Below are positions 50,220 through 59,913 of a stretch of 64,000 bases of DNA, in pieces. Origin of the DNA: Pseudomonadota bacterium (GTDB lineage Bacteria; Pseudomonadota; Alphaproteobacteria; MPNO01). Each line of letters begins with the position of its first letter. Within the stretch, counting starts at the first letter, position 1. The stretch lies in the NCBI GenBank assembly GCA_036339495.1, contig JAYZAW010000088.1, positions 4,588-68,587 on the forward strand, read 5' to 3'. The notes under the pieces were generated by a model, which saw nothing but the letters and a program-made list of their open reading frames with translations, was not told where the DNA came from and did no database searches. A program made the position numbers and the translations under genes.

Positions 50220-51290
50220 TTAATGCGAACTGGGTTGTTTCATGAATAAGCTTCGATCCGCCGTTTTGACGGGAATGCTGATCATATTATCGTCACGCAG
50301 GATGCCGAGCGATACCGTCACGCCGGCCTCTCCGGCGCTCCAGACCTTGCGGTAAAGATCGGCGAGACCGCTGACCTGAAGCCCGTTGACGGCAAGCAGC
50401 ACATCACCCGGCTCGACGCCGGCCTCTTCCGCGGGACTACGATCCGAAATCGACGTCACCAGCACGCGTCCAAGGGCTTCCATGCTGTAAAGACCCATCC
50501 AGGGCCGGGCCGGACTGGTTCTGCGCCCAAATTTCAGCAAATCGTCGAGTACCGTCTTAAGTAGATCAATCGGCAAGAACATGTTGCCCGCCTCGATCAC
50601 GTCGTCCTGCGCCGCATCCTGCACGAACAGCGAGCCAACCCCGACGAGTTGCCCGCTATCATCGATCAGCGCCGAACCGCTCCAATGGGGATGGGGCGGC
50701 GTGGTAAAAATCGCTTCGTCTAGCATATATTCCCAATAACCGGCGAATTCCCGTTTTGACGCCACGATGGCGTTGATCGCCTGGCCGCGCCCGCCGCGCG
50801 CGCCGATAATCAGGGTTTCCTGTTCGATGATATCGGCGGAATTCCCGAGTTCGATGGGTTTCACCCCGAGATCCCCCGCGGCGCGCAAGAGACCGAAGCC
50901 GGTTTCATAGTCATAGGCAATCGCATGGGCTTGGGTGGTGGCTCCATTATTCGCGCTGAGAATAACGGTCTCGGTTTCAGCGATCAGATAGCCGATGGTG
51001 ACCACCAAGCCGTCATCGCCGATCAGGATGCCGTTACCTTCCCTTTCGGTCCCCAGATACGAGGATGAGAAGGCGTCTTCCGGCGCGCGCGACTGCAAAT
51101 TAAGAACAGGCGCCAGCGCCGCGTCGAGATCAAAAGCCAGCTGATCGGGCTCCGGCCGCGTCGCCGTCGTAAACATGGGATCGAAAACATGGGCAAGCCC
51201 AAGGGGCTTGTGACCGTTTGATTCTTTAATTCCGTTCATGGGCCCTACCGACCTGCAGCCTTCTAATCGGGCGCGGAGAGACCCTATCAC
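50220..51290 (-). CDS. Trypsin-like serine protease with C-terminal PDZ domain (S1C-like)
   Basis: A chymotrypsin-fold region (...WSGSALIDDSGQLVGVGS...) is followed by a PDZ-like region (...GVEPGDVLLAVNGLQVSGLADL...). The likely start is MNGIKE (51239). Confidence 0.55.
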   Translation of the reverse strand: MIGSLRARLEGCRSVGPMNGIKESNGHKPLGLAHVFDPMFTTATRPEPDQLAFDLDAALAPVLNLQSRAPEDAFSSSYLGTEREGNGILIGDDGLVVTIGYLIAETETVILSANNGATTQAHAIAYDYETGFGLLRAAGDLGVKPIELGNSADIIEQETLIIGARGGRGQAINAIVASKREFAGYWEYMLDEAIFTTPPHPHWSGSALIDDSGQLVGVGSLFVQDAAQDDVIEAGNMFLPIDLLKTVLDDLLKFGRRTSPARPWMGLYSMEALGRVLVTSISDRSPAEEAGVEPGDVLLAVNGLQVSGLADLYRKVWSAGEAGVTVSLGILRDDNMISIPVKTADRSLFMKQPSSH

Positions 51291-51410
51291 CCGCCCCCTC
51301 CCCGCGCAAAGGGTCGGGCGGATCGTTCCCGAGAGACAGCGTGGATATGGCGCTGCCGGTCTCGCATGCTATTCTTCGCCCGATATCGCCATCATTACGA
51401 TTAGTGACAC

Positions 51411-53498
51411 ATGACAGACCAACCCCGTTTCCGAATAGGCGTCGATGTCGGCGGCACCCATACGGACCTTGTCCTTCTTGATCCCGTCGCGGGATCGATC
51501 GCCATCGAAAAGGTACCCAGCACGCCGTCAAACCCGGCCCTGGCGGTGCTGGATGGTATCGGCCGGTTAATCGCCAACGGGATCGACCCGGCGGCGATCG
51601 AATTCTTTTCCCATGGCACGACGATTACGACCAACGCGTTGCTGCAGATGCGCGGCGCCCGGGTTGGATTGCTGATCAGCGACGGTTATCGGGCGATTCA
51701 AGAGGTCCAGAACCAGGCCCGCGACGGAAATCCGTTCGATTATTATTACAAGAAACCCGAACCGATCGCGCCACAAAGCCTGACTAGGGAAATTCCGGGC
51801 CGCATCGATTTTGAAGGCAACGAGCTTACCCCATTGGATGAGGAGACCGTGCGGCGCGCGGCGGGCGAACTTGCCGCCGCGGACGTTAAATCAATCGCTA
51901 TCTGTTACCTGTTTTCATTCATGAATTCCGCCCATGAAGATATCAGCCGACGACTCATCGAAAAGAGTTTCCCGAAAATTCAGATTTCAACCTCGTCCCA
52001 GGTGATGCCGCGAATCCGTGAATGGCCGCGTCTGTCCACCACCCTGCTGAACGCCTATCTGGAGCCGGTGCTGGTGCGCTATATCTCCGATCTTGCCGAC
52101 GGTCTTGATGACATCGGCGTCGCCACGCCACAACGATTCCTGATGCAATCGAATGGCGGTGTTATGCCGTTTAGCGCCGCCATATCGGGCGGCAAGACGG
52201 TGCACACGCTGTTGTCCGGCCCCGCGGCGGGTGCCCAGGCCGGCGCGTATCTGGCCCCCGACGACGCACAAAAGGGTCTGGTGACGCTGGATATGGGCGG
52301 CACGAGCTGCGATATCGCCTTTATTGAAGGTGGCGCGCCACTGGAAACCACCGAGAGCGTGGTCGACCGACGACCACTGGATGTGCCGGCCCTCGACCTC
52401 ACGACAATCTCGGCGGGCGGCGGATCAATCGCCTGGATCGACCGGGGCGGATTCCTGTGCGTCGGCCCCCATAGCGCGGGCGCCGATCCCGGCCCGGCCT
52501 GTTACGGTCAGGGCGGCGAGGACCCGACAGTGACCGACGCCGACATCGCCTGTGGATTTCTGAATCCGGAACAATTTCTCGGCGGGGCGCAAAACATCGA
52601 CGCCGAAGCCTCGCTGACTGCATTGACCGAGAATATCGGCAATGGAATAGGGCTTACCGCACTGCAAGCCGCCGCCGGCATCCGGCGCATCGTCGACATG
52701 CGCATGGCGGACGAGGTCCGCGTCGTAGCGGCCAAACGCGGCGTCGATCCGCGGGAATTTACGCTGTTGCCGTTCGGCGGCGCGGGCGCGGTGCACGCCG
52801 CCGCCGTGGCCGAGGAACTCGGAATAAGCCGTATTCTGGTCCCGCCAAGACCGGGCGCCTTCTCCGCGCTGGGTCTGCTCTGCACCGATGTTGTACATGA
52901 TTATATCCGGTCCGAATTGCGCCCGCTAGATCAGATCTCTCCCGACCATGCCGGGCAAATCTTCCACGAGCTTGAGGCGCGCGCATCCAGTGAATTGAAG
53001 GATGAGGGCCTGGACCCGGCGGCTGCGCAACATCACCGCGAACTGGACATGCGCTATGTCGGTCAGGGCTATGAGCTTCGAGTGCCTCTTGATGGGTTGG
53101 GAAAGAACGGATTGGACGATGCGGCCATCGCGGCGGCGCGCGAGCGGTTCGATGAAATTCATGCCCGGCTTCACGGCCATGCGGCGGCTGAAAAATCGGT
53201 CGAGGTGGTGAGTTACAGGTTGCGCGTCCGCGTGACGGTGCCTCGATACGAACCGTCCCCGCCCGTCGAGGCAACGCCCCATGACGCGCCCGAGTCCAGC
53301 CTCGCCGGGAAGCGCGAGGTTTATTTCGATGGCGAAACGGCCCAAATCGCCAAAGTGTTCTATCGTGGCGGGCTGGATGCCGGCGCGCGCATGGAAGGCC
53401 CGGCAATCATTGAACAGTTCGACGCCACAACTGTTGTTCCGCCGGGCTGGACGGTGTTTGTGGGAGGCAATCTCAGCCTGATCCTCAACCATGGTTGA
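51411..53498 (+). CDS. hyuA: Hydantoinase/oxoprolinase A-family subunit (HyuA-like)
   Basis: 695 aa. N-terminal FRIGVDVGGTHTDLVL (ASKHA fold) and a central ...DMGGTSCDIAFI... motif are present. Its stop overlaps the hyuB start. Confidence 0.9.
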   Translation: MTDQPRFRIGVDVGGTHTDLVLLDPVAGSIAIEKVPSTPSNPALAVLDGIGRLIANGIDPAAIEFFSHGTTITTNALLQMRGARVGLLISDGYRAIQEVQNQARDGNPFDYYYKKPEPIAPQSLTREIPGRIDFEGNELTPLDEETVRRAAGELAAADVKSIAICYLFSFMNSAHEDISRRLIEKSFPKIQISTSSQVMPRIREWPRLSTTLLNAYLEPVLVRYISDLADGLDDIGVATPQRFLMQSNGGVMPFSAAISGGKTVHTLLSGPAAGAQAGAYLAPDDAQKGLVTLDMGGTSCDIAFIEGGAPLETTESVVDRRPLDVPALDLTTISAGGGSIAWIDRGGFLCVGPHSAGADPGPACYGQGGEDPTVTDADIACGFLNPEQFLGGAQNIDAEASLTALTENIGNGIGLTALQAAAGIRRIVDMRMADEVRVVAAKRGVDPREFTLLPFGGAGAVHAAAVAEELGISRILVPPRPGAFSALGLLCTDVVHDYIRSELRPLDQISPDHAGQIFHELEARASSELKDEGLDPAAAQHHRELDMRYVGQGYELRVPLDGLGKNGLDDAAIAAARERFDEIHARLHGHAAAEKSVEVVSYRLRVRVTVPRYEPSPPVEATPHDAPESSLAGKREVYFDGETAQIAKVFYRGGLDAGARMEGPAIIEQFDATTVVPPGWTVFVGGNLSLILNHG

Positions 53499-55161
53499 CG
53501 TCATCACCACCCAGATCCTGTTGGGCAAGATTTCGGCTCTGACCGATGAGATGCATTATCATTTTTACCGATCAGGTTATTCGACCATCATTCGGGAATC
53601 CCGTGATTTTTCATGCGCCATTCTGGATCGGACCGGCGGGTTGATCGTGGCCCCACCGATGTTTTTCCATGCTCCGGTATACAAACATCTTGTGGCGCGC
53701 ATTCTGGAACTTTACGGCGAAAACGGGCCGCGGGAGGGCGATGTATTTGTCTGCAACCACCCCTATGAGGGTGGCCTGCCCCATGTGTCCGACATGGCGT
53801 TCGTTGCGCCGATATTTGCGGACGGCAAATTGGTCGGATTCTCCGGTTCGATCGCCCATAAGGCGGATATCGGCGGAACCAACCCCGGCAGCACATCGGC
53901 AAACTCAACCGAAATCTACCATGAAGGTCTCTTGCTGCCGCCGATCCGAATTGAATCGGGCGGCATCCCGAATGCCGATCTGGAAAGATTGATCCTCGCC
54001 AACTCACGCCAACCGGAATTGGTTCAGGGTGACATGCGGGCGCAAATCGCGGCTACAAAAATGGGAGTCGTCCGGATCGGAGAGCTGTGCGCGCGCTTCG
54101 GCGCGGATGTGATTACGGACGCATTTGCCGCAATCCTGAACCGCGCGACCGTGGAGCTGACACGATCCATCGCCGCCCTGCCCGACGGAGTTTCGGAAGC
54201 GGTCGGCCACATGGATGACGACGGCGTCGAACATGATCGCCCGGTGAAATTTGCGGTAACGATTACCGTCGCGGGCGATGCCATCACTTTTGACTTTTCC
54301 GGCAGCGACCGGCAAGCTAAGGGCCCAGTCAATCTTCGCCCCTCGATGGTCGAGGCCTGCGTGTTCTATTCTCTGATCGGCTGTCTCGACCCCGATCTGG
54401 TCTTTAATGACGGCATGCGCGAGGCCGTGAAGTTCATCTATGCCCCCAATACCATCACCAATGCATCTCCGCCGGCGCCGGTGTCGAGCTATCAGAAGGC
54501 CAATCTCAAGCTAGTCGACGTCATTCTGGAAGCCCTGGCCCGATTCCGGCCGGAACGGGCGATCGCCAATTCGGGCTCTTCAGGCTCGATCGCGATTTCC
54601 TGGCTTGGCGGCGGGCGGGAAGGCCAGACGAACCTGCAATATGAAATAATTGCTTCAGCCTATGGGGGCGGCAACGGCCATGATGGATGCTCAGCAGTGG
54701 CGACCCACCTGTCCAACCTGCATATCACGCCGATCGAAATTCTCGAATCCGAGTTCCCGTGCCGAATCACCGAGTTCAGCCTGATCCCGGATTCCGGCGG
54801 TGGCGGCGAATTTCGCGGCGGGCTCAGCTTTCGTCGCACATACGAACTCTTGCAGGACGCCGTGGTAACGCGCCGTTATGACCGCGCGCGCATCCCGCCG
54901 AAGGGTCTGGAAGGCGGCGCGGACGGTCGCGCGAGCAAATTCGTAATCCGCGCGGATTCGCCGGATGAAGAAGAGACCCCGGCGTCCGGCCGTTTCGCTT
55001 TGAAAGCAGGTGAAAAGTTCTTGCTCGAATGCGCCGGCGGCGGCGGATTCGGCGATCCCGGTCGGCGGGACCGACGCGCCGTGGCGCGCGATATCGATGA
55101 AGGATATGTCAGCCCGGCCAGCGCCGCGCGTGACTACGGGTACGACACCGGCGCGACCTAA
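53491..55161 (+). CDS. hyuB: Hydantoinase B/oxoprolinase-family subunit (HyuB-like)
   Basis: 556 aa with MVDVITTQILLGKI... as the typical HyuB N-terminus. It overlaps hyuA by 8 nt. Confidence 0.9.
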   Translation: MVDVITTQILLGKISALTDEMHYHFYRSGYSTIIRESRDFSCAILDRTGGLIVAPPMFFHAPVYKHLVARILELYGENGPREGDVFVCNHPYEGGLPHVSDMAFVAPIFADGKLVGFSGSIAHKADIGGTNPGSTSANSTEIYHEGLLLPPIRIESGGIPNADLERLILANSRQPELVQGDMRAQIAATKMGVVRIGELCARFGADVITDAFAAILNRATVELTRSIAALPDGVSEAVGHMDDDGVEHDRPVKFAVTITVAGDAITFDFSGSDRQAKGPVNLRPSMVEACVFYSLIGCLDPDLVFNDGMREAVKFIYAPNTITNASPPAPVSSYQKANLKLVDVILEALARFRPERAIANSGSSGSIAISWLGGGREGQTNLQYEIIASAYGGGNGHDGCSAVATHLSNLHITPIEILESEFPCRITEFSLIPDSGGGGEFRGGLSFRRTYELLQDAVVTRRYDRARIPPKGLEGGADGRASKFVIRADSPDEEETPASGRFALKAGEKFLLECAGGGGFGDPGRRDRRAVARDIDEGYVSPASAARDYGYDTGAT

Positions 55162-55904
55162 CCTACTTCCATCGCCGTCACGCCGCCATCGACGAACAAA
55201 TCCTGGCCCCAGATAAATGACGCCTCGTCGGATACCAGAAACAATACCGCCCGCGCCGTGTCGATCGGTTCGCCGGGACGGTCGGCGAGATTGGTGATCG
55301 GGCGGTTCGGGTCGACATCCGCCTGGCCCACGGGAGACCCGGTCTTGTTGGGCGACACGGTATTAACGCGAATGCCGTATTTGGCGAGTTGGAAGGCGCT
55401 CGACCGCGTAAAATTGGCGACCCCGCCCTTGGCCGAGGCATAAGCCACGGCGCGCGCGCGCCCACGATGGCCCGACGTCGAGCCAATATTGACGATCTTG
55501 CCGCCATCGCCCTGTTCCACCATCCGGGCGGCGACATATTTGGTCATCAAAAAGGGCGATTTCAGCGTCACCGCGATGGTGCGGTCCCATTCTTCCTCGG
55601 TGATTTCCAGTATGTCCCTGTTGTCGGAAATCGCCACGTTATTGACCAGAATGTCGATCCGCCCGAAACGTTCAACCACGCCGGCGACTAGGGTTTCGAC
55701 ATCATCGGACTGGGAAACATCCGCGACAAAAGCCGCCGCGTCGCCGCCGGCGCCGGCAATATCGGCCGCAACAGCCGCGCCGCGATCCTTGTCAAGATCG
55801 ACGACGGCGATACGCGCGCCTTCGGATGACAGCAGATGAGCGATCTGTTCGCCGATATTACGCCCCGCGCCGGTAACGATCGCAACCTGGTTTTCAAGTT
55901 TCAT
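55158..55904 (-). CDS. SDR-family oxidoreductase
   Basis: 248 aa with VAIVTGAGRNIGEQIA and YASAKGG (YxxxK). Its stop overlaps the hyuB stop, so the two genes converge. Confidence 0.85.
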   Translation of the reverse strand: MKLENQVAIVTGAGRNIGEQIAHLLSSEGARIAVVDLDKDRGAAVAADIAGAGGDAAAFVADVSQSDDVETLVAGVVERFGRIDILVNNVAISDNRDILEITEEEWDRTIAVTLKSPFLMTKYVAARMVEQGDGGKIVNIGSTSGHRGRARAVAYASAKGGVANFTRSSAFQLAKYGIRVNTVSPNKTGSPVGQADVDPNRPITNLADRPGEPIDTARAVLFLVSDEASFIWGQDLFVDGGVTAMEVG

Positions 55905-55939
55905 GTCTTTGCCTCAATTCGAGAATTTAAATGTAACCA

Positions 55940-56791
55940 CTAATACGGCGCATCGCCCAGCACGGTGGTGCGGTGAATGGTGCGGATGTCGGCGTAGTCA
56001 TATCTGCCGCAAGCGCGGTGATTGACGGACCGATTGTCCCACATTACGAAATCGCCGCTCAGCCATTTGTGGCGATAGCGGTTTTTTTTGTCCAGCTGGT
56101 GCGCGATCGGTTCGTCCAAAAGGGGTTGGGCTTCACTGTCATCCATTCCGTCGATGGCGATGGTAAAGCGTGGCGACAGATACAGAGTCTTGCGGCCGGT
56201 TTCAGGGTGAGTCCGGCCCAGAGGATGGGTTACAGAGGCGTCGCGCGCAAGATAGAACTCTTCGGCATTCTGACGCGTCCCGGCGATGGCGACCCGGGGG
56301 TTTTTTAATTTGTTCACCGTATGCACCCCGCGCAATCCGTCGAGCTGGCGTTTCATTTTCGCGTCCAGCGCGTCATAGGCTGAGTGACAATTGGTGAATT
56401 CCGTATCGCCGCCCCGGTTCGGCAGGCGAAGAGCGAACAGTATCGTCACCAAAGCCGGAATTTCCTTGAACGAAAGGTCGGAATGCCAGGCGTCGCCAGC
56501 ATCGGGCACGCCGATCGGCTCACCGTCTTGCAAATCGTTTGACAATACCAGGATCTCGGGAAATCCATCCGTGAGATAGCGCGTATTGTCGTGGGCCTCG
56601 ACAGCGCCGAAACGGCGGCTGAACGCGATCAGCGCCGCCGGTGGGATTTTCTGGTCTCGGACCACGACCATGTGATGATCCAGCAAGGCGCGGCGAACAA
56701 CTTCGAAATCCTCTTCATTATCCCGAGACAAATCCACCGCGGTAATTTCGACCTCCAGCACCGGAGACATTTCTGTTATTTTCATACCCAT
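55940..56791 (-). CDS. TauD/TfdA-family Fe(II)/2-oxoglutarate dioxygenase
   Basis: 283 aa with the HSDLSF (HxD) facial-triad motif and a distal His (...WDNRSVNHRA...). Confidence 0.8.
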   Translation of the reverse strand: MGMKITEMSPVLEVEITAVDLSRDNEEDFEVVRRALLDHHMVVVRDQKIPPAALIAFSRRFGAVEAHDNTRYLTDGFPEILVLSNDLQDGEPIGVPDAGDAWHSDLSFKEIPALVTILFALRLPNRGGDTEFTNCHSAYDALDAKMKRQLDGLRGVHTVNKLKNPRVAIAGTRQNAEEFYLARDASVTHPLGRTHPETGRKTLYLSPRFTIAIDGMDDSEAQPLLDEPIAHQLDKKNRYRHKWLSGDFVMWDNRSVNHRACGRYDYADIRTIHRTTVLGDAPY

Positions 56792-56976
56792 ATTCCATTG
56801 TTTTCCGCCTGCCCGAACGCGTCAACCCGCGCCCATGACATATTGGAACAACGAAATGCGGACGCGCCATACCCGCTGCCTCAGTACAATCGGCGCAGGC
56901 CCCAGGCCGGGATAATAAAGAAATCGCCCGACAACCGATCAGGCTTGGAAGTGAACTACTTCGTAAGAACTCGTTT

Positions 56977-57315
56977 CTAACCGGAAACCGAACCTTCAAG
57001 CCGGCCTTCAATTTCGCGGATTGCATAGACTTTCATCAATAACCCGCGACAGTTCACTCCGTCGCCATTATCAAGGCGAAATATAAAATTATGCCTGGGA
57101 CAGCGGATCATGCTGTCATTCCTCATGAGGACGGCTTTCATCAGCGAGTCCCCCTGATGCGGGCAGAGCGCCTGAACGCCGCGGAACCCATCCGCTGTTT
57201 TGAGAATCAAGATATCCTCGCCGCCCAGTCTCGTCGAAACCGGGAATGCGACCTGCGACGGGTCAATCCCATCAAGCGCCGTCCATTCGCCAGATTCTTG
57301 AACTGGTTCGGCCAT
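56977..57315 (-). CDS. Rieske [2Fe-2S] domain protein
   Basis: 112 aa with CPHQG ... CPRHNF (CxH-N-CxxH) ligands. Confidence 0.8.
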   Translation of the reverse strand: MAEPVQESGEWTALDGIDPSQVAFPVSTRLGGEDILILKTADGFRGVQALCPHQGDSLMKAVLMRNDSMIRCPRHNFIFRLDNGDGVNCRGLLMKVYAIREIEGRLEGSVSG

Positions 57316-57322
57316 GCCCGGA

Positions 57323-58834
57323 CTAAGCTGCGATCAGACTGTCACTGACAACTTCGCGAATCCGTTTGAGTGCGAGATCGCTTGTCAGCTGTAATAAAAA
57401 CAGACCGATCTGCATGGTGAATGGATTGTCGAGGAAGCACGCGAATGTTCCGGTGAGCGCATCGCGGAGCAACAAGTCGTGTTCTCGTAACGTATCGTGG
57501 AACGCTTCCTGAAGAGCCACGGCCATATCCAGATCGAGTTCTTCCAGTGAATAAGTCCAGTTCCACGATTCCAGCCTTACGCCAAGCGCGCGCAAAAACC
57601 CCAATTGCGCCGGCGTTAATAGCCTGGCGGCGTCGGGAACATGATCTTCGGCAATTTGTAGAAGCCAATTCTTTTCGTTCTGGCACAGCGTGAGATCGCT
57701 GTCATAGCGCACGCCGTTCTTGAACGCCATCACCGGTTCGAAGCGCTGTCCCATGACCCGGGATCTTCCGTATGTGTCCATGGCGTCGATTTCGTCGTCC
57801 TCGATCTTGAAGACCGTGATGTCCGCCGGCATCCCGACTTTCAGACTCCCGGCGCGATCATCAAGCGACAATGCCTTCGCTGGTGCGATTGTAACCGAGT
57901 CGATGATTTCCGTAACAGTCATCCCGAGATGGAGGAACATGCCCATGATATGCGCAAGCGAAAAGACCGGGCCGAGGACATTGAATTGCTGCAGATCGGA
58001 ACTGATGATGTGGGGCCGAAGGTCCTGAGCGAATGCCTTCTCGGCCAAATTCCAGCCAAAGTTAAACCCGCCGAACCCAACATCGAAAATAACGCCGCGC
58101 CGTTCGGCATCCCGCACGATCGGCAAAACCTTGCCGTGTTCATCAAGAATGGGCGAACCGCTATCGTGATAGATATGGGTTATGATATCGCCCGGCTGCG
58201 ATATGTTGAAAATTTCATAAACCACTGGATCTTCCGGCTGATTCTGGAACTCACCGATGTGGCTGTAAAGCGGCACATCAATGATCTCTGCCAGACCCTT
58301 GGCCATCTTCAACGGCCCGGTTCCATAACTGCCAAGCGCGGCGACTTTCAAATATCGAATAAGTCCGGGATGCGCCTCCATGAAGTCGAGCCAGTCGGTG
58401 ATCGGCCAGTTCATCAGGCTGCGGATTTCACCCTCGATATACTCCGATCCGATGATGCCCATGGGACGGACATAGGGGCCGGCGTACAAATCCGTGACGG
58501 TCTGGTTTTCCAGCAGGGCGGCGAATTCTTCCATAACGCCGATTCCGGGCCCACCGGCATCGACATAAGTTGTAACGCCCTGGGCAATGCCGATGCTGTC
58601 CGGATCGGCGAAGCCAAGTGTTCCGTATGTATGCACATGCAAATCAACCCATCCCGGGCTGAGGATATGATCGTCAAGATTAATGATTTTCGCGCCTTCC
58701 GGAACGGAGCCGCCAATCGCGGAAATTCTTCCGTCCGCAACGAAAATATCGTCGATACGGTCAATCGACTGGGCTGGGTCGATGACCCGCGCGCCGCGCA
58801 GCACCAATGATTGACTATCATTTGTCATACACAC
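57323..58834 (-). CDS. Amidohydrolase-superfamily enzyme (metal-dependent hydrolase; D-aminoacylase / cyclic-amidase-like)
   Basis: 503 aa. The N-terminus is LRGARVIDP...DGRISAIG...GWVDLHVHT (HxH metal motif), with an extra C-terminal helical domain. Confidence 0.75.
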   Translation of the reverse strand: MCMTNDSQSLVLRGARVIDPAQSIDRIDDIFVADGRISAIGGSVPEGAKIINLDDHILSPGWVDLHVHTYGTLGFADPDSIGIAQGVTTYVDAGGPGIGVMEEFAALLENQTVTDLYAGPYVRPMGIIGSEYIEGEIRSLMNWPITDWLDFMEAHPGLIRYLKVAALGSYGTGPLKMAKGLAEIIDVPLYSHIGEFQNQPEDPVVYEIFNISQPGDIITHIYHDSGSPILDEHGKVLPIVRDAERRGVIFDVGFGGFNFGWNLAEKAFAQDLRPHIISSDLQQFNVLGPVFSLAHIMGMFLHLGMTVTEIIDSVTIAPAKALSLDDRAGSLKVGMPADITVFKIEDDEIDAMDTYGRSRVMGQRFEPVMAFKNGVRYDSDLTLCQNEKNWLLQIAEDHVPDAARLLTPAQLGFLRALGVRLESWNWTYSLEELDLDMAVALQEAFHDTLREHDLLLRDALTGTFACFLDNPFTMQIGLFLLQLTSDLALKRIREVVSDSLIAA

Positions 58835-58892
58835 ACTCCGGATTTTTTATACCACTATCATACAGTATTGATTAAAAAATGAGAACTCAGAA

Positions 58893-58904
58893 TTGATGCA
58901 TCAA
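58893..58904. promoter_or_regulatory. 12-bp perfect palindrome TTGATGCATCAA in an AT-rich promoter region upstream of the amidohydrolase gene
   Basis: It lies in the 95-nt AT-rich spacer (58835-58929) about 60 nt upstream of the start of the minus-strand amidohydrolase. A TTGAT half-site recurs at 58867-58871. Confidence 0.35.
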
Positions 58905-58929
58905 GCCGCCGCGGCAATCACTAATCGCC

Positions 58930-59631
58930 CTATTCCTTAATATTCGTTCTTTGCCGCAGCACCGCCAAAACCTCATTCGAAGTCATGACGTCACCAAATT
59001 GCTGAATAAAAGTTTCCAGCGAGGCGCGATGTTCGTCGTCGGAAAGTGCCCCTAGGCAGTCCGAGACCATCACGGTGCGAAAATCGAGCATCATCGCGTC
59101 CCGCCCGGTCGCCTCACAACACACATTGGTCTTGGTGCCGGCGATCAGCAAATTGGTGATGCCCCGGCTGCGCAGCGTCCTTTCAAGGGGTGATGATCCC
59201 GGAATCAATGCGCTATACCGGTTCTTGGTGATCTGCAAATCGTCGGATCCGACCTCGAGGTCGCGCCACACAGTCTGGCCCTCACCGTCGGGCGACAGGC
59301 TTTCAATAGTTCTCTGGCGAACATCGGCCGCGACGAAGTTATTGAAAAACATGTCCCAGTCGCTGGCGCGGCTGTTATGGGCGTTGGCGTGGGTGACCCA
59401 GATGATCGTGGCGCCCAGGTCACGCAGCGCGCCGGTGATAAAATTGATATTGTCGACAATACCGCGTGACGACGGCACCTCGGCGGGCGACCCCGGTTCC
59501 ACGAAGGTGCCCTGCATGTCGATCACCACCAGCGCGGTCTTGGCCGGGTCCAGGCTGTCAAACAGATGATACCGGCCACGACGCGCCAGGACGCGATCCA
59601 CAATCTCCTGTCTGATTTCGGTATCGTGCAT
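58930..59631 (-). CDS. Isochorismatase-family cysteine hydrolase (N-carbamoylsarcosine amidase / biuret hydrolase-like)
   Basis: 233 aa. The D-K-C triad context reads ...ALVVIDMQ..., ...ITKNRYSAL... and ...LLIAGTKTNVCCEATGRDA.... Confidence 0.78.
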   Translation of the reverse strand: MHDTEIRQEIVDRVLARRGRYHLFDSLDPAKTALVVIDMQGTFVEPGSPAEVPSSRGIVDNINFITGALRDLGATIIWVTHANAHNSRASDWDMFFNNFVAADVRQRTIESLSPDGEGQTVWRDLEVGSDDLQITKNRYSALIPGSSPLERTLRSRGITNLLIAGTKTNVCCEATGRDAMMLDFRTVMVSDCLGALSDDEHRASLETFIQQFGDVMTSNEVLAVLRQRTNIKE

Positions 59632-59640
59632 CGTTTATCC

Positions 59641-59913
59641 TCAGCTTTCGCCCATGATATCTTCAAGATACGGGTCGTCTTTCACCGCCGTCTCCGTGCC
59701 CAACTGAAGACCGCATCCGGGGCAGATAAATAGACGCAACAGGACGAAATCGGCGCTGCGATAGGGTGCGCCGCCGGCGCCATCCATCGGGCCTTCCCGG
59801 CAAATTGCGCCATTCTTCCAATTGTCTTTCGACGCGCCAAGATCGTGGCCGCATTTTCGGCATTTGGTGTGTCCGTCGTCGATCTCAAGATATTCAGAAA
59901 CGCGCTGGGTCAT
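59641..59913 (-). CDS. Small Cys4 zinc-ribbon protein, acetone-carboxylase gamma-subunit-like third subunit of the downstream hydantoinase pair
   Basis: 90 aa with CRKCGH...CPGCG (CxxC...CxxC). Its start overlaps the hyuB2 stop (ATGA). The gene order A-B-small matches acxABC. Confidence 0.55.
   Translation of the reverse strand: MTQRVSEYLEIDDGHTKCRKCGHDLGASKDNWKNGAICREGPMDGAGGAPYRSADFVLLRLFICPGCGLQLGTETAVKDDPYLEDIMGES

Noticed and set aside
51291-51410. GC-rich imperfect palindrome (cccgcccc...gggtcgggcgg) upstream of hyuA
   Set aside because: The arms do not pair cleanly, and it is likely just GC-rich promoter sequence.
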